A stretch of DNA of 64,000 nucleotides from Thecamonas trahens ATCC 50062 (lineage: Eukaryota > Protista > Apusomonadida): positions 89,487 to 153,486 of the forward strand of contig NW_013657659.1 in NCBI RefSeq assembly GCF_000142905.1, in the 5' to 3' direction. The position numbers and the translations under genes are program-made. The notes below the pieces were generated by a model that was not told where the DNA came from, ran no database searches, and saw only the letters and a list, made by a program, of their open reading frames with translations. How positions within the stretch are numbered: position 1 is the stretch's first letter; each line of letters starts with the position of its first letter. This document shows, piece by piece, positions 11,285 through 21,476 of this stretch.

Positions 11285-14200
11285 ATGGAGAACGTGGCTT
11301 GCGCCGACCAGGCGTTTGCTGAGCGGGCGGGCGTTTATGCGGCCGAGCACGATGTGTACGGCCTCCTGGCCAGCATGCTTCGGCACGTTGTCGAGACGCA
11401 GCCTGCAGACCCGCTGCGGGCCATGGCGACGTTCCTCGGCGCCGCGCCTGTCCCGCGCATTGTGGTGCTCGGCGCGCCTTGCGCGGCAACGGGCGCGGCT
11501 GCAGCTGGGCTGGCAGCTGCGCTCGGCGCGGTTCACGTCGACGTGGCGCAGGTCCTGGCGTCGGCCGGCCACCTCGCCGACGTTGCGGCCTCGTTTGCCG
11601 AGGTCCCGGACCAGGTCGTTGTCGAGCTCACCCTCGCCGCCGTCCGTACACCGGCACCGACTGCGCGCGGCTGGGTCCTCCACGGCGCGCCGCTCTCGCG
11701 GCTGCAAGCGCTGTCCATGCAGGCCCAAGGCCTGCTGCCGGACACCGTCCTCGAGCTGGTCCTCCCGGCCGACGCCGCGCCCGACACCGCCTCCGACCCG
11801 GCTCAGCTCGCCGCTTATGCCCGTGCGCTTCCGCACCTCCGTGCTGTCTTTGCTCCGACGCTGCGGACCGTCGAGCTGGCCGACGCCGACGCCAACGCCG
11901 ACGACGCCGCCGACGCCATGCTTGCCGCCCTCGGCCGCCCGGCCGCCTCAAAGTCGCGTTCACGATTCCAGCTGCTTATCCTCGGTCCGCCGGGCTCGGG
12001 CATCTCCACCGCCGCCGCCGCTGTCGCTGACCGCTACAACCTCGTCCATGTTGCGCCGCGTATGCTGCTCCGCGCTGCCGTCTCCGGCGAGACGCCGCTC
12101 GGGCACAAGGCCGAGGCTCACATCAACGACCCGGTCCTCCCGGCCGAGCTAGTAGCCGAGGCTGTCGTCGAGGCCCTCTCAGCGCCCGCCGCGCAGCGCC
12201 GCGGCTGGGTCCTTGAGGGCACAGACCTTGACGAGCTTGCGTACAAGGCCCTCGGCGATGCCGGCCTCGCCCCGCTCCGGGCCTACTTTCTGGACGTCCC
12301 GCGCGATGTCGCCCTCGCTCGCCTCGAGCACCTCAAGGTCGACCCGTTTACCGGCAAGGAGTGGCACACTCACCGCGACGTTGTGCCAGACGTCATTGCG
12401 CGCCGCCTCCGTCCGCGCAGCCAGTATGCACCCGATGTCCTTGCCGCCCGTTGGGCCGCGTACGACGCCACCGTCCCTCTCCTCCTCGAGAACCTCGGGC
12501 CAAAGCTCACTGTCTTTGACGCCACCCGTCCGGCGGTCAACGTCGCTGAGCTTATCATTGCCCACGCAATCTCGCCAGCCGAGCCGGCTGCAGCCGCAGC
12601 GGACGCCGCTGGCTCCTCTGCGCTCCTCCCGCACCAAGTGCCAGTCCAAGGCACCGGCGCGCTCGGTCTCCGCTCGCCGCGAGTTCCACGTCGCACTCGC
12701 CCGGTCAACCTCCGCGCCACGCCTGCCGAAACTGAGCCTTTAGCTGCCCAGCCGGCAGCAGCGGCGGTGCCCGCTGCAGCGGCGCCGGCACCGCAAACCC
12801 ACCGCTCGCGCCGTGCCCCGCTCGCAGTCTGCATCGTCGGCCGGCCGGGCTCGGGCAAGACAACCCAGGCTGCGCGCCTCGCGGCCTCTGAGGGCCTTGT
12901 TCACATCCAGCCGCATGCGCTGCTTGCCACCGAGATCGAGCGCAAGACGCCGCTCGGCGCACGCGCCAAGCCTTACATCGACGCGCTCCGCATGCCCGAC
13001 GACGTTATCCTCGACGTCATCAAGCAGCGCCTTGCTGCGTCAGACATCGCCTCCGGCTCGGTCGGCTGGGTCCTCGACGGTTTTCCGGAGACTGAGTGGA
13101 TGGCATCCCAGCTTCACGACGACGGCGTCGACATCAACCGCTACATCTGCCTTGATGTCTCCGAGGATTGTGCGCGCACTAGGCTGCAGGGCCGGGTCGT
13201 CGACCCAGAGACCATGATCCTCTATCACCGGACTCTTGTTCCGCCGCCAGCAGACGTTGCCGACCGCGTCGCCGAGTTTGAGGAGGACGACGAAGAGTTT
13301 ATCATCTCGCGCCTGCAGCACTACGCCTCGCACTCGCAGGGCTCGCACGACTTTCATTCGGACCTTTACGTCCACGTCGCCGGCGAGGGCTCGCCTGACG
13401 AGGTCGCCGCCCGGGTCGTCGCCGCCGCCCAGTCTGCACCCGACGCCGCGCCCCCGCCGTCGTCAGTCTCACAGCTCTACCAGGACGGCGCACTCCGAGT
13501 CCTTGTTGTCGGCCCGCCGGCGTCCGGCGCCACCACCCAGGCCGCCATTCTCGCAGACAAGCTCGGCGTCGGCCTCATCTCGCCGCGCCTCGTCCTCGAA
13601 GAGCAGGCTGCTGCCGGGTCCGAGCTCGGCCTCGCCGCACACGCTTACCTCGATGCGCCGGTTGTTCCAGACCACCTCCTCCTTGCCGCCGTCAAGCTGC
13701 GGCTTGCCGACGCCGACACGAACTCCGGCTGGGTCCTCGACGGCTACCCCGAGACCAAAGCCGCTGCTGTCGAGCTCGCGCAGCTCGACATCCGGCCGCA
13801 CCGGGTCGTCGTTCTCACCGGCTCGGATGCGCAGCTCGCCCGCCGTGCCAAGCTCGACGCCCGTAACCTCGACGACCACTCGGCCGCCATGCTTCGCTAT
13901 CGCGCCCGTGCTGTCGACTTTGAGACGTACTTTTCCAAGGTTCTCGTCCGCATCGACGCCACTCATGACGCCGGCGCTGTCGCCGACACTGTCGAGGCGG
14001 CCCTCACTGCTGCCGAGTCGTCGGCGTCGGGTGCCCGCCTGCTTGTCGTCGGCCCGCCGCACGCAGGCACCCACCGCCTCGCCGCGGCCCTGGCCTCGGC
14101 GCTCTCGCTCGCTAGCGTCTCGCCGGCCGCCGTTCTCGCCGCGGAAATAACCGCGTCGACTTCGCTCGGCCTCGCCGCCGCTCCCTACGCCGCCTCGGGC

Positions 14201-14584
14201 GCCTATCCCGCCGACCTCCTCGCCAAGGCCGTTGTTGCCAAGCTCGCCTCGCCCGACGCCGAAAACGGCTTTGTGCTCGACGGCTACCCCGCAGACGTCG
14301 CCGCACTCTCGGCGCTCCGCGCCGCAGGCTTTGACCTCGACGCCGTCATCGTCGTCCAGCTCTCCGATGACGACGTCCGCGCTAAGGCTGCCGCCGCTAC
14401 CGCGCTCCGCTCGTCCGAGCCCTTTGACGCCGCCCAGCTCCGCAAGTACCACGCCGCGCTCCCGGCCCTCTTCGCCGCCCTTGCCAACTCGGCCGCGGTG
14501 CTTAAGGTCAACGGCGCCGCACCCACCGCCACCCTCGCACACTCAGTCACCTCGGACCTTGCCACCCGCGGCATCGTCGCGTAA
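11285..14584 (+). CDS. AK8-like multidomain adenylate kinase: Dpy-30/RIIa-like docking domain + five AK-like domains
   Basis: N-terminal YAAEHDVYGLLASMLRHVVETQPADPL. Five P-loop-like starts (GAPCAATG, GPPGSGIS, GRPGSGKTT, GPPASGATT, GPPHAGTH), each followed by a GWVLxG / GFVLDGYP motif. LID-like VDPFTG and VDPETM. Confidence 0.85.
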   Translation: MENVACADQAFAERAGVYAAEHDVYGLLASMLRHVVETQPADPLRAMATFLGAAPVPRIVVLGAPCAATGAAAAGLAAALGAVHVDVAQVLASAGHLADVAASFAEVPDQVVVELTLAAVRTPAPTARGWVLHGAPLSRLQALSMQAQGLLPDTVLELVLPADAAPDTASDPAQLAAYARALPHLRAVFAPTLRTVELADADANADDAADAMLAALGRPAASKSRSRFQLLILGPPGSGISTAAAAVADRYNLVHVAPRMLLRAAVSGETPLGHKAEAHINDPVLPAELVAEAVVEALSAPAAQRRGWVLEGTDLDELAYKALGDAGLAPLRAYFLDVPRDVALARLEHLKVDPFTGKEWHTHRDVVPDVIARRLRPRSQYAPDVLAARWAAYDATVPLLLENLGPKLTVFDATRPAVNVAELIIAHAISPAEPAAAAADAAGSSALLPHQVPVQGTGALGLRSPRVPRRTRPVNLRATPAETEPLAAQPAAAAVPAAAAPAPQTHRSRRAPLAVCIVGRPGSGKTTQAARLAASEGLVHIQPHALLATEIERKTPLGARAKPYIDALRMPDDVILDVIKQRLAASDIASGSVGWVLDGFPETEWMASQLHDDGVDINRYICLDVSEDCARTRLQGRVVDPETMILYHRTLVPPPADVADRVAEFEEDDEEFIISRLQHYASHSQGSHDFHSDLYVHVAGEGSPDEVAARVVAAAQSAPDAAPPPSSVSQLYQDGALRVLVVGPPASGATTQAAILADKLGVGLISPRLVLEEQAAAGSELGLAAHAYLDAPVVPDHLLLAAVKLRLADADTNSGWVLDGYPETKAAAVELAQLDIRPHRVVVLTGSDAQLARRAKLDARNLDDHSAAMLRYRARAVDFETYFSKVLVRIDATHDAGAVADTVEAALTAAESSASGARLLVVGPPHAGTHRLAAALASALSLASVSPAAVLAAEITASTSLGLAAAPYAASGAYPADLLAKAVVAKLASPDAENGFVLDGYPADVAALSALRAAGFDLDAVIVVQLSDDDVRAKAAAATALRSSEPFDAAQLRKYHAALPALFAALANSAAVLKVNGAAPTATLAHSVTSDLATRGIVA

Positions 14585-14609
14585 ACGCTCAACTTTGCTG
14601 GCTCGCACA

Positions 14610-14936
14610 TCACGACGCCCCGTACCGCTGCCGCATCGCCCGGTACTTGGCCAGTGCTGCAGACTCGAGCAGCTCGTTCTCGTACCACGCGCCGCGGGCC
14701 TCGGCCTCGTCGAGCACTCCCGCCGCAGCTGCCACCCCGCCCCCGCCGTCGTCGGCCAGCGCCTCCTCCACCGCCGCCGCCGTCTTGGCCGCCTCACGCC
14801 GCCACTTGCGCCGCACCGTAGCCGAGTTGACGGGCGCCACCTCTGCCGCCACCAGGATCCTGCGCGACAGCGCCCACCACAGCCCCGCTCCCCGCGCACG
14901 CACCTCAGCCCGCGCCGCCTGCATCGCACTTGCCAT
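14610..14936 (-). CDS. Divergent LYRM5/ETFRF1-like small mitochondrial protein
   Basis: 108 aa. C-terminal ARGAWYENELLESAALAKYRAMRQRY resembles the LYRM5 C-terminal KYRAMKQRY signature as I recall it. N-terminal LYR motif is degenerate (LSRRIL). Confidence 0.6.
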   Translation of the reverse strand: MASAMQAARAEVRARGAGLWWALSRRILVAAEVAPVNSATVRRKWRREAAKTAAAVEEALADDGGGGVAAAAGVLDEAEARGAWYENELLESAALAKYRAMRQRYGAS

Positions 14937-15223
14937 GGTCGAACACTCACGCGAGCCCACGACAGGTATGCCAGACCGCCCCGTCGGCCACTGCAGGTCA
15001 CCGGTGCTCGACTCGAGTACTCGCTTGCCTGGCGACGCCTGCCTTCATGTCGCCGCTCTCGCCACGGATCCAACACGTGACGGAGTCGTGACCGTTTCCC
15101 CTCCCCCTCCTCCCCCCCCCCCCCTCTCGCGTGCCCTCCCACCCCCACCTTCCCCCGCACCCCACTCCCACTCGCTCAACACCTTCCCTCGCACCCTTCG
15201 TCTTGCACTGTACCACTGCCCCC

Positions 15224-16576
15224 ATGTCGTCTTCCGCCTCCGCCCCGTCGTCTTCGTCGTCGCCGGCCGTCGCTGTTGCCGCCGCCCTCGCCTCGGCCGC
15301 CCTCTCCGTGGGCATGGCCATGCGGTGGGCCGCTCGTGCCGCGTCCGCGCCTGCGGCTCCGCTGCAGCCGTCGATCACCTCCATGCGGACAGTCAACCCG
15401 ATCCGCGGCGTCGTCGAGCGCATCGACCGGACGGGCAATCCCGAGAAGGAGCACATTGTGCTGGCACTCGGCGACCCGACCAAGTTTGGCAACTTTGCGC
15501 CGCCGCCGTCGGCCAGCGCCTTGCTCACCAACTTTGAGGCCAAGAGCCACAATGGGTATACCCACTCTGCTGGGGCGCCCGACGCCCGGGCTGCCATCGC
15601 TGCCGCATACTCGTACCCGGACGTGGGCAACGAGCTCCGGCCCAACGACGTGGTCATCGCATCCGGCGCCTCAGGCGCCATCTACCTCGCCATCCAGGCT
15701 CTGTGCAACGAAGGCGACGAGATTCTGGTTCCTTCACCGGGCTTTGCGCTCTACGGCACCGCCGCCCGCTCGTGCGGCGTCGTCGACGTTGAGTACCCGC
15801 TTGATCCCGACAACTCATGGCTGGTGAAGCTTGATGCGCTCGAGGCCCGCATCACGCCGCGGACTCGGGCCATTGTCATCAACAATCCGTCCAACCCGTG
15901 CGGCTCGGTCTTTCCGCGGGAGCATCTCGAGGACATCCTCGACCTCGCCGCCAAGTACAACCTGCCGATCATCGCCGACGAGATCTACCACGGCATGGTG
16001 TTCAAGGGCGTCGAGAGCCTCGCCCTCGCCCAGCTCCGTCCGCGGGTGCCCATCTTTGCCATTTCTGGCCTCGCCAAGCGGTTCATGGTCCCCGGCTGGC
16101 GTGTCGGCTGGATCTGCGTCTACGACTACCAGGGCCGCGCAGAGCCCATCCGCCGGGCTCTCTACCAGCTCGCCCAGATCACCCTCGGCGCCAACACCCT
16201 CGTCCAATCGGTCATCCCCGCGCTCCTCACCGAGACTCCAACCGAGTATCACGAGGCCAACAATGCCAAGCTCGAGGCGAACGCCCGCATTGTCCTCGAC
16301 GCCCTCGCTTCGGTCGCTGGCATCGCCTGCACCGTCCCCGAGGGCGCCATGTACACCATGGCCCGCATCGACTTTGACGCCTTTGACGACTCGATCACCA
16401 CCGACATGCATTTTGTCCAGGGCCTCCTCGATGAGGAGTCGGTCTTTGCCCTCCCCGGCTCGTGCTTCAACGCGCCCAACTTTTTCCGCATCGTCTTTGC
16501 CCCGCCACCGGAGCAGCTCAAGGAGGCCTGCGCACGCATTGCCGCCTTTTGCGCCCGCCACGCTGCTGCCAAGTAA
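15224..16576 (+). CDS. TAT: Tyrosine aminotransferase (class I PLP aminotransferase)
   Basis: Motifs LGDPTKFGN, INNPSNPCGSVF, IIADEIY, PLP-lysine motif GLAKRFMVPGWRVGW, PEGAMY and EESVFALPGSCF. Confidence 0.92.
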   Translation: MSSSASAPSSSSSPAVAVAAALASAALSVGMAMRWAARAASAPAAPLQPSITSMRTVNPIRGVVERIDRTGNPEKEHIVLALGDPTKFGNFAPPPSASALLTNFEAKSHNGYTHSAGAPDARAAIAAAYSYPDVGNELRPNDVVIASGASGAIYLAIQALCNEGDEILVPSPGFALYGTAARSCGVVDVEYPLDPDNSWLVKLDALEARITPRTRAIVINNPSNPCGSVFPREHLEDILDLAAKYNLPIIADEIYHGMVFKGVESLALAQLRPRVPIFAISGLAKRFMVPGWRVGWICVYDYQGRAEPIRRALYQLAQITLGANTLVQSVIPALLTETPTEYHEANNAKLEANARIVLDALASVAGIACTVPEGAMYTMARIDFDAFDDSITTDMHFVQGLLDEESVFALPGSCFNAPNFFRIVFAPPPEQLKEACARIAAFCARHAAAK

Positions 16577-16676
16577 GTAAATGTCTGCGCTGCAGCAAGC
16601 CTCTCTCTTCCAGCTCACTCGCTTCTCAAAGCATCGTCGTCGCAACCGATTTATCTTGCAGCTCTGGTGCCCTCGG

Positions 16677-17900
16677 CTAGAACCGCTTCTTGTCGTCCTT
16701 CGACAGAGCATACACAACGTAGGCCACGACGCCACCCACGAGGACGAGGACAATGAGAATGGCAGCAACCCAGCCAAACGACGACGACGAAGGCGGGCTC
16801 TCAAGCGCACGCACACGGTTGCGGCGCTGGATGGCCGGCCCGGTCTTGCCGCCCTCGACAAGGTTCTCGCCCGAGCCCAGAACCTGCGGCTCGCGGTCCG
16901 GGCTGGCTCCCGACTGCAGCTCGTTGAGCCCGCCGAGGTTGCCACACCAAACGAGTAGATGTCGTGGTTGTCGGCCACGTCGCCGGTTGCGGCCGAGAGG
17001 CCAAAGTGGTATCCGAGCGGGAGATCGACGTTGTGGACCTCGACGCACGCCTTCCACTCGGTCTCGGGCTGCAGCTGGTACTGGACGACCAGGTTGCCGG
17101 CCTCGTAGCGGATGCGGAGCCGCACAGGCTCCGCCGTCCCGCGCACGTCAGCCGAGCACTGGCCCAGCATCGTCTGCGTGCCATCCATCGTGTCGTAAGC
17201 TGTCCGCCCGTCGCCCACCATGACCTGGATGAGCGGGTTCGCCCGATCCTGGTTGTTGTCAAACGTGTCCACAAACACCGCCAGGCCCTTGAACTTGTCG
17301 GCCAGGCCAAAAACCGGGCCGCCCTGCACCTGCGATGCCTTTTCCGCCCGATACCACACCGCAAACCCGTCGCCATACACCCGCGCGCCCGAGCCGTGGA
17401 GACGGAACGCCACCTCGGCCTCCCAGTTGTGCACAAAGCACTGATCCACGTTGTATACCCAGCCTGACCGGCTCTGCCGGTCCGGCGTCAGCCGCACGAA
17501 ATCGTCCATCACAAGCGTCGACCCGCCGTACTCCCAGTGCGGGATGGCAGAGCCCGCCACTGTCTCGCCCGCAGCGCAGCCAGCCACACCCCGCCTCGGC
17601 CAAGTGAGTCTCTTTTTCGTCGCCTGACCTCGCCCCGGCGCTGTCCCGCCCTGCCACTCCGTCCTGCCACTCCGGCCAGCGAGTCCAGCGCTATGTCGCC
17701 AGCCTAGGCCCATCCAGACCACGCCCTTGCATCCTCTATCCGGCCCTTGGCGTACCAAACTGGAAGGGGGCGGCAAACGAGAACTTTGCGTTCTTGAACC
17801 GGTTGCCCGAGGGGTTGGTCGTCCACTTTGGGTTGGAGAACGCTGCGCATGACGCCACCAGCGCCAGTACCACCACCACTGCTGCCCACACACCCCGCAT
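16677..17900 (-). CDS. LMAN2: L-type lectin cargo receptor, VIP36/LMAN2-like; intron 17560-17755; apparent frameshift ~16942
   Basis: Exon 1 MRGVWAAVVVVLALVASCAA (signal peptide)..FSFAAPFQF, then GTACGC..ACAG intron. Lectin motifs VRLTPDRQSRSG, GDGFAVWY, FKGLAVFVDTFDN and GLSAATGDVADNHDI. An alternative frame supplies the TM helix and C-terminal KKRF sorting motif. Confidence 0.88.
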
Positions 17901-18195
17901 CCTGTCCTACTAAGTCTTGGTGAGAGACAGCTGGTGCGGCCGCAAACCCGTGTCGCCTTCTCCTCCACCCGGTTGCCCTCCTCCCCGCCACCGCCCCGTC
18001 GCCTTTGAACTGGAACCTCCCGACGTCAGGGATTGGTGCCCGCCCCGACCGCCCAGCGACTGCCGAGTTGTCGCCTTGTCACTGACTCGCCCACATTTAC
18101 ATTGGCCGCCAAGTCGCACTCGCAGACGGGTGACAGACAAAGCCGCAGACACTTACTTTGGACGGACGAGTGACTCACACTCATCTCCCGTGTAC

Positions 18196-19176
18196 ATGCG
18201 CCGCGCCGCGGCTTCAGGCACCAAGGCCAGCCTGGCGTCGTCGACGGACAAAGCAGTGTATGCCGTCGAGGTCTACCAGCTCTCGCCGCCGGAGCTCCTG
18301 TCGCGGACACCGCTTGGACAGAAGAGCCGCCTGGTCGGCTCGTCGTCGTCGGCGGCAGTGGTGCTCAAGGGCGCAATCGGCCGCGGCGTGTCCAAGCGGC
18401 ACTGTCTGCTCTACGCCGAGGCCCATGCATGCGGACGCGCCGGCAGCGGCGTCGCTGTTGGCTCGCTGCCTGCGGTCTGGCTTGTCGACCTCGACTCGAC
18501 CAACGGGACCCGGCTCGGCGCCATCGACGCCCCGCCGAGCACCGCCCGCCGCATCGCGCCGAACAATCCGGTCCAGATCGTTCCGGCCTCGGCTGCAATC
18601 TACGTCGGCCGCAACGTGCGGTTGCGGGTGGTCCGGACCACGCCTGCGCGTCTCGATCCTCCCTCCAACGACGGTCTGGCCGACATGGAGCTCGAGCCAC
18701 GCGTCAAGCCCGAGCAGTCCGAGCAGTCTGAGCAGCAGAGTCGTGCCACTGTGGCACGCCTGCCGCTTCCGGATCCGAGCATCCTGAGCCTGGTCAGCCG
18801 GTACCCGGACGTGCTGGAGGCTCTCCGCGTCGCCACCGCCGCCGAGCCGGCCGCCGCCGCCGACGCTGCTGCAGTCGCCTTCGATCACGCCGCTGCTGCC
18901 GCATCACGAGCTGCTGCTGCAGAGCAAGAAGCACAGTCCACTGCTCAAGCAGTGGTCGCGTCGCGAGCGTCTGCAAGTACCAAGGCCGCGCTCCTTTCGC
19001 CGGCGATCGAGTCTCAGCCTTCCGCGCTTCTGCACGCTGCTGCGCCGTCAGCCGAGCCCGAGGCCGGCACGGTTGGCGAGGAGATCTCGGAGCTCCTGCG
19101 TAAGATCATGCCGACTCGAGCGACGCTCCCAGCCTCGCCACCCGGGGGCGGCCGCGACGTACCGTCGGACGCCTAG
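18196..19176 (+). CDS. FHA-domain protein
   Basis: GVSKRHCLL and WLVDLDSTNGTRL are FHA signatures; Ala-rich tail. Start and end uncertain. Confidence 0.7.
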   Translation: MRRAAASGTKASLASSTDKAVYAVEVYQLSPPELLSRTPLGQKSRLVGSSSSAAVVLKGAIGRGVSKRHCLLYAEAHACGRAGSGVAVGSLPAVWLVDLDSTNGTRLGAIDAPPSTARRIAPNNPVQIVPASAAIYVGRNVRLRVVRTTPARLDPPSNDGLADMELEPRVKPEQSEQSEQQSRATVARLPLPDPSILSLVSRYPDVLEALRVATAAEPAAAADAAAVAFDHAAAAASRAAAAEQEAQSTAQAVVASRASASTKAALLSPAIESQPSALLHAAAPSAEPEAGTVGEEISELLRKIMPTRATLPASPPGGGRDVPSDA

Positions 19177-19356
19177 GTCACCGGCGCTTCCTCGACCACG
19201 GGCGCTGTAGTGCCATCAACGCAGGCGGTTCGCCGCTGCCTCGAGCGTCACGCCTCAAGAGTGGCCACCTCCAGGACAGTCGAAGGACTCGACGACTGGT
19301 ACCAGCACGTGTGCCAGATGCAACGACTGCAACCACTCCTCGTTGCTTCACGCTCC

Positions 19357-19428
19357 ATGGACCCGACTGCCGACCCGCCCGCGGCGGCACTCGAAATGCA
19401 GGGCGCAAAGTGCACAAATTGTGGGGTA

Positions 19429-19485
<57 letters not shown>

Positions 19486-21470
19486 GTGTGTATGTGTGTG
19501 TGGGTATGTGGGTGTGACGTGGGCGAACACCACTCACCCGGTCAAGGTGGCAACAGGCCATGCTGCCGTTTGACGAGGTGGAGGCGCATACGGCGCAGTG
19601 TGAGGAGAATGCGCCTGCGCTGGCGTTGCACACGGCCGGCGGCGGGGAGTCCGGCAAGGAGCCTGGCGAGGAGGGGCGGCTCGTGCATAGCGGCGGTGGA
19701 CTGTCGGCGGCCGAGGTGGAGGCGCGGGCGCAAGCGGCGTTTGAGCACGCGGAAATGCTGCGCGAGGCGCTGGTGGTGGCGGTCGATGGGGCGCAGCTTG
19801 TGCTGCAGTCACCAGCTTGGGGGCTGGGCGATGCGGTGGCGGGCTTGCTTGCGGTGACGCGGTTCACGCTCTCGTTCACGCCGTCGGCGATGGCAGTCGA
19901 GGCGCTGGGCGCGGCTGCGCGCTGGCTGCCGAGTGTTCTCCCGCAGAAGCTCTCGCTCAACTGTGTCGAGCGGGTCATGCAGTCGCGGCCGTGGCGCGGA
20001 GCGACGACACTGCAGGTGGTTACCAAGGAGAAGCGGGTATTTGAGTTTGCCTTTGGCGCTGCGGGCGACGAGGTGTGTGCCCAGGTCGAGGCCGCCATCG
20101 CAGCACACGCCTTCCGTGGACCGTCGCTGGTCCTAGCCTTTGCGCCGCACATGGTGCGGCGGTGGGAGTACGACGTGTTTGCAGAGTTTGCCCGAATGGG
20201 CGTGACAACCTCTGCCGGCAGCTCATCGTCGACAGGCACGCATCCGACGCTCGAGCTGCCGATGCCCGAGCTGCCAAGCCCGACTGCGCACCTATGGCGG
20301 TTGTCCCAGGCAAACAGCTTGTTTCGCATCTGTGCCACCTATCCGCCGGTCTTGGGATTCCCGGCGAGCGTTGACGACGAGCTTGTGACGCAGGCGGCGC
20401 GGTTCCGTTCCAAGGACCGGCTCCCTGCGCTCTCGTGGCTCCATCCACGGACCGGAGCGGCTATTGTGCGCTGTGCACAGCCGCTGACTGGGCTCGCGGG
20501 CCGGCGATCGCCTGCCGACGAGCAGTTGCTCAACGCCATCAAGGCCGCCAACCCGGCGTCGGGCACGCTGCACATTCTGGACGCCCGACCGCGGGCTAAC
20601 GCGCTCGGCAACTCGGTCAAGGGTGCCGGCTACGAGCGGGTAGCCAACTACGACTCGGTCGACCTGGCGTACATGGACATTGGCAATATCCACGTCGTCC
20701 GCTCGTCGATGGGCAAGCTCCGAGATCTGGTTGCCGAGCCGAGCTCGAGCGATCCCGCAGCTCAGTCCAAGTGGCTCTCCACCCTCGAGTCGACCCGCTG
20801 GCTGGAGCTTCAGCGGACGCTGCTGGCGGCGGTGCTGGCTGTTGTCGAATTTGTCGACCGTGCCGCAGAGTCGGTTGTTGTCCACTGCTCTGACGGCTGG
20901 GACCGAACTGCACAGATGTGTGCGCTCGCCGAGCTGATCCTCGACCCATACTACCGGACGCTCGATGGGTTTGCCGTCCTCATCGAGAAGGAGTGGTGCT
21001 CGTTTGGCTACCGGTTTGCACGGCGTGCCGGTCAGCTCTGTCCGGACTATGAGGATGACCAGCGGGCGCCGATCTTTGTCCAATTCCTGGACGCGGTGTG
21101 GCAAATCATGTCTCAGGCGCCTTCCGCCTTTGAGTTTAACGAGTCCTTGCTCATCGCCATCATCGATGCTCGCTACTCGGGAAGGTACGGTACCTTTCTC
21201 TTTGACTGCCCGCGGGAGCGGCTCGACCATCGCGTCGATGAAGTCACCAGCTCGCTTTGGGCAGTCCTCTTTGACAGCGCTCGCCGTTCCCGCTGGCTCA
21301 ACCCGAACTACTCGCCAGACCCAGGTGTCCTCCCCGTTATCGCCTCGCTGACCCGCCTCCACTTGTGGGAGGCGTACTTTATGCGATGGCACCCGCACAT
21401 GCGGTACGTTGCTTCCGCCGCGCTTTCTGATCTCGACGACGCGTCACCGCCGCCGGATCCTCTCGGCTGA
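19357..21470 (+). CDS. Active myotubularin-family PI3P/PI(3,5)P2 phosphatase with N-terminal CCHC zinc finger; intron 19426-19556
   Basis: Catalytic HCSDGWDRT. Also ICATYP, RFRSKDRLPALSW, RCAQP, GAGYE, LDPYYRTLDGF and EKEWCSFG. Splicing joins CTNCG to AMLPFDEVEAHTAQC. Confidence 0.92.
19428..19515. repeat. Intronic (GT)n microsatellite
   Basis: GT tract starts directly at the GTATGT donor and fills most of the intron. Confidence 0.95.
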
Positions 21471-21476
21471 CTGCCG

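Noticed and set aside
15815-17968. 717-aa minus-strand ORF as a single protein
   Set aside because: It is a composite of intron, lectin exon and antisense of TAT, produced by the frameshift near 16942.
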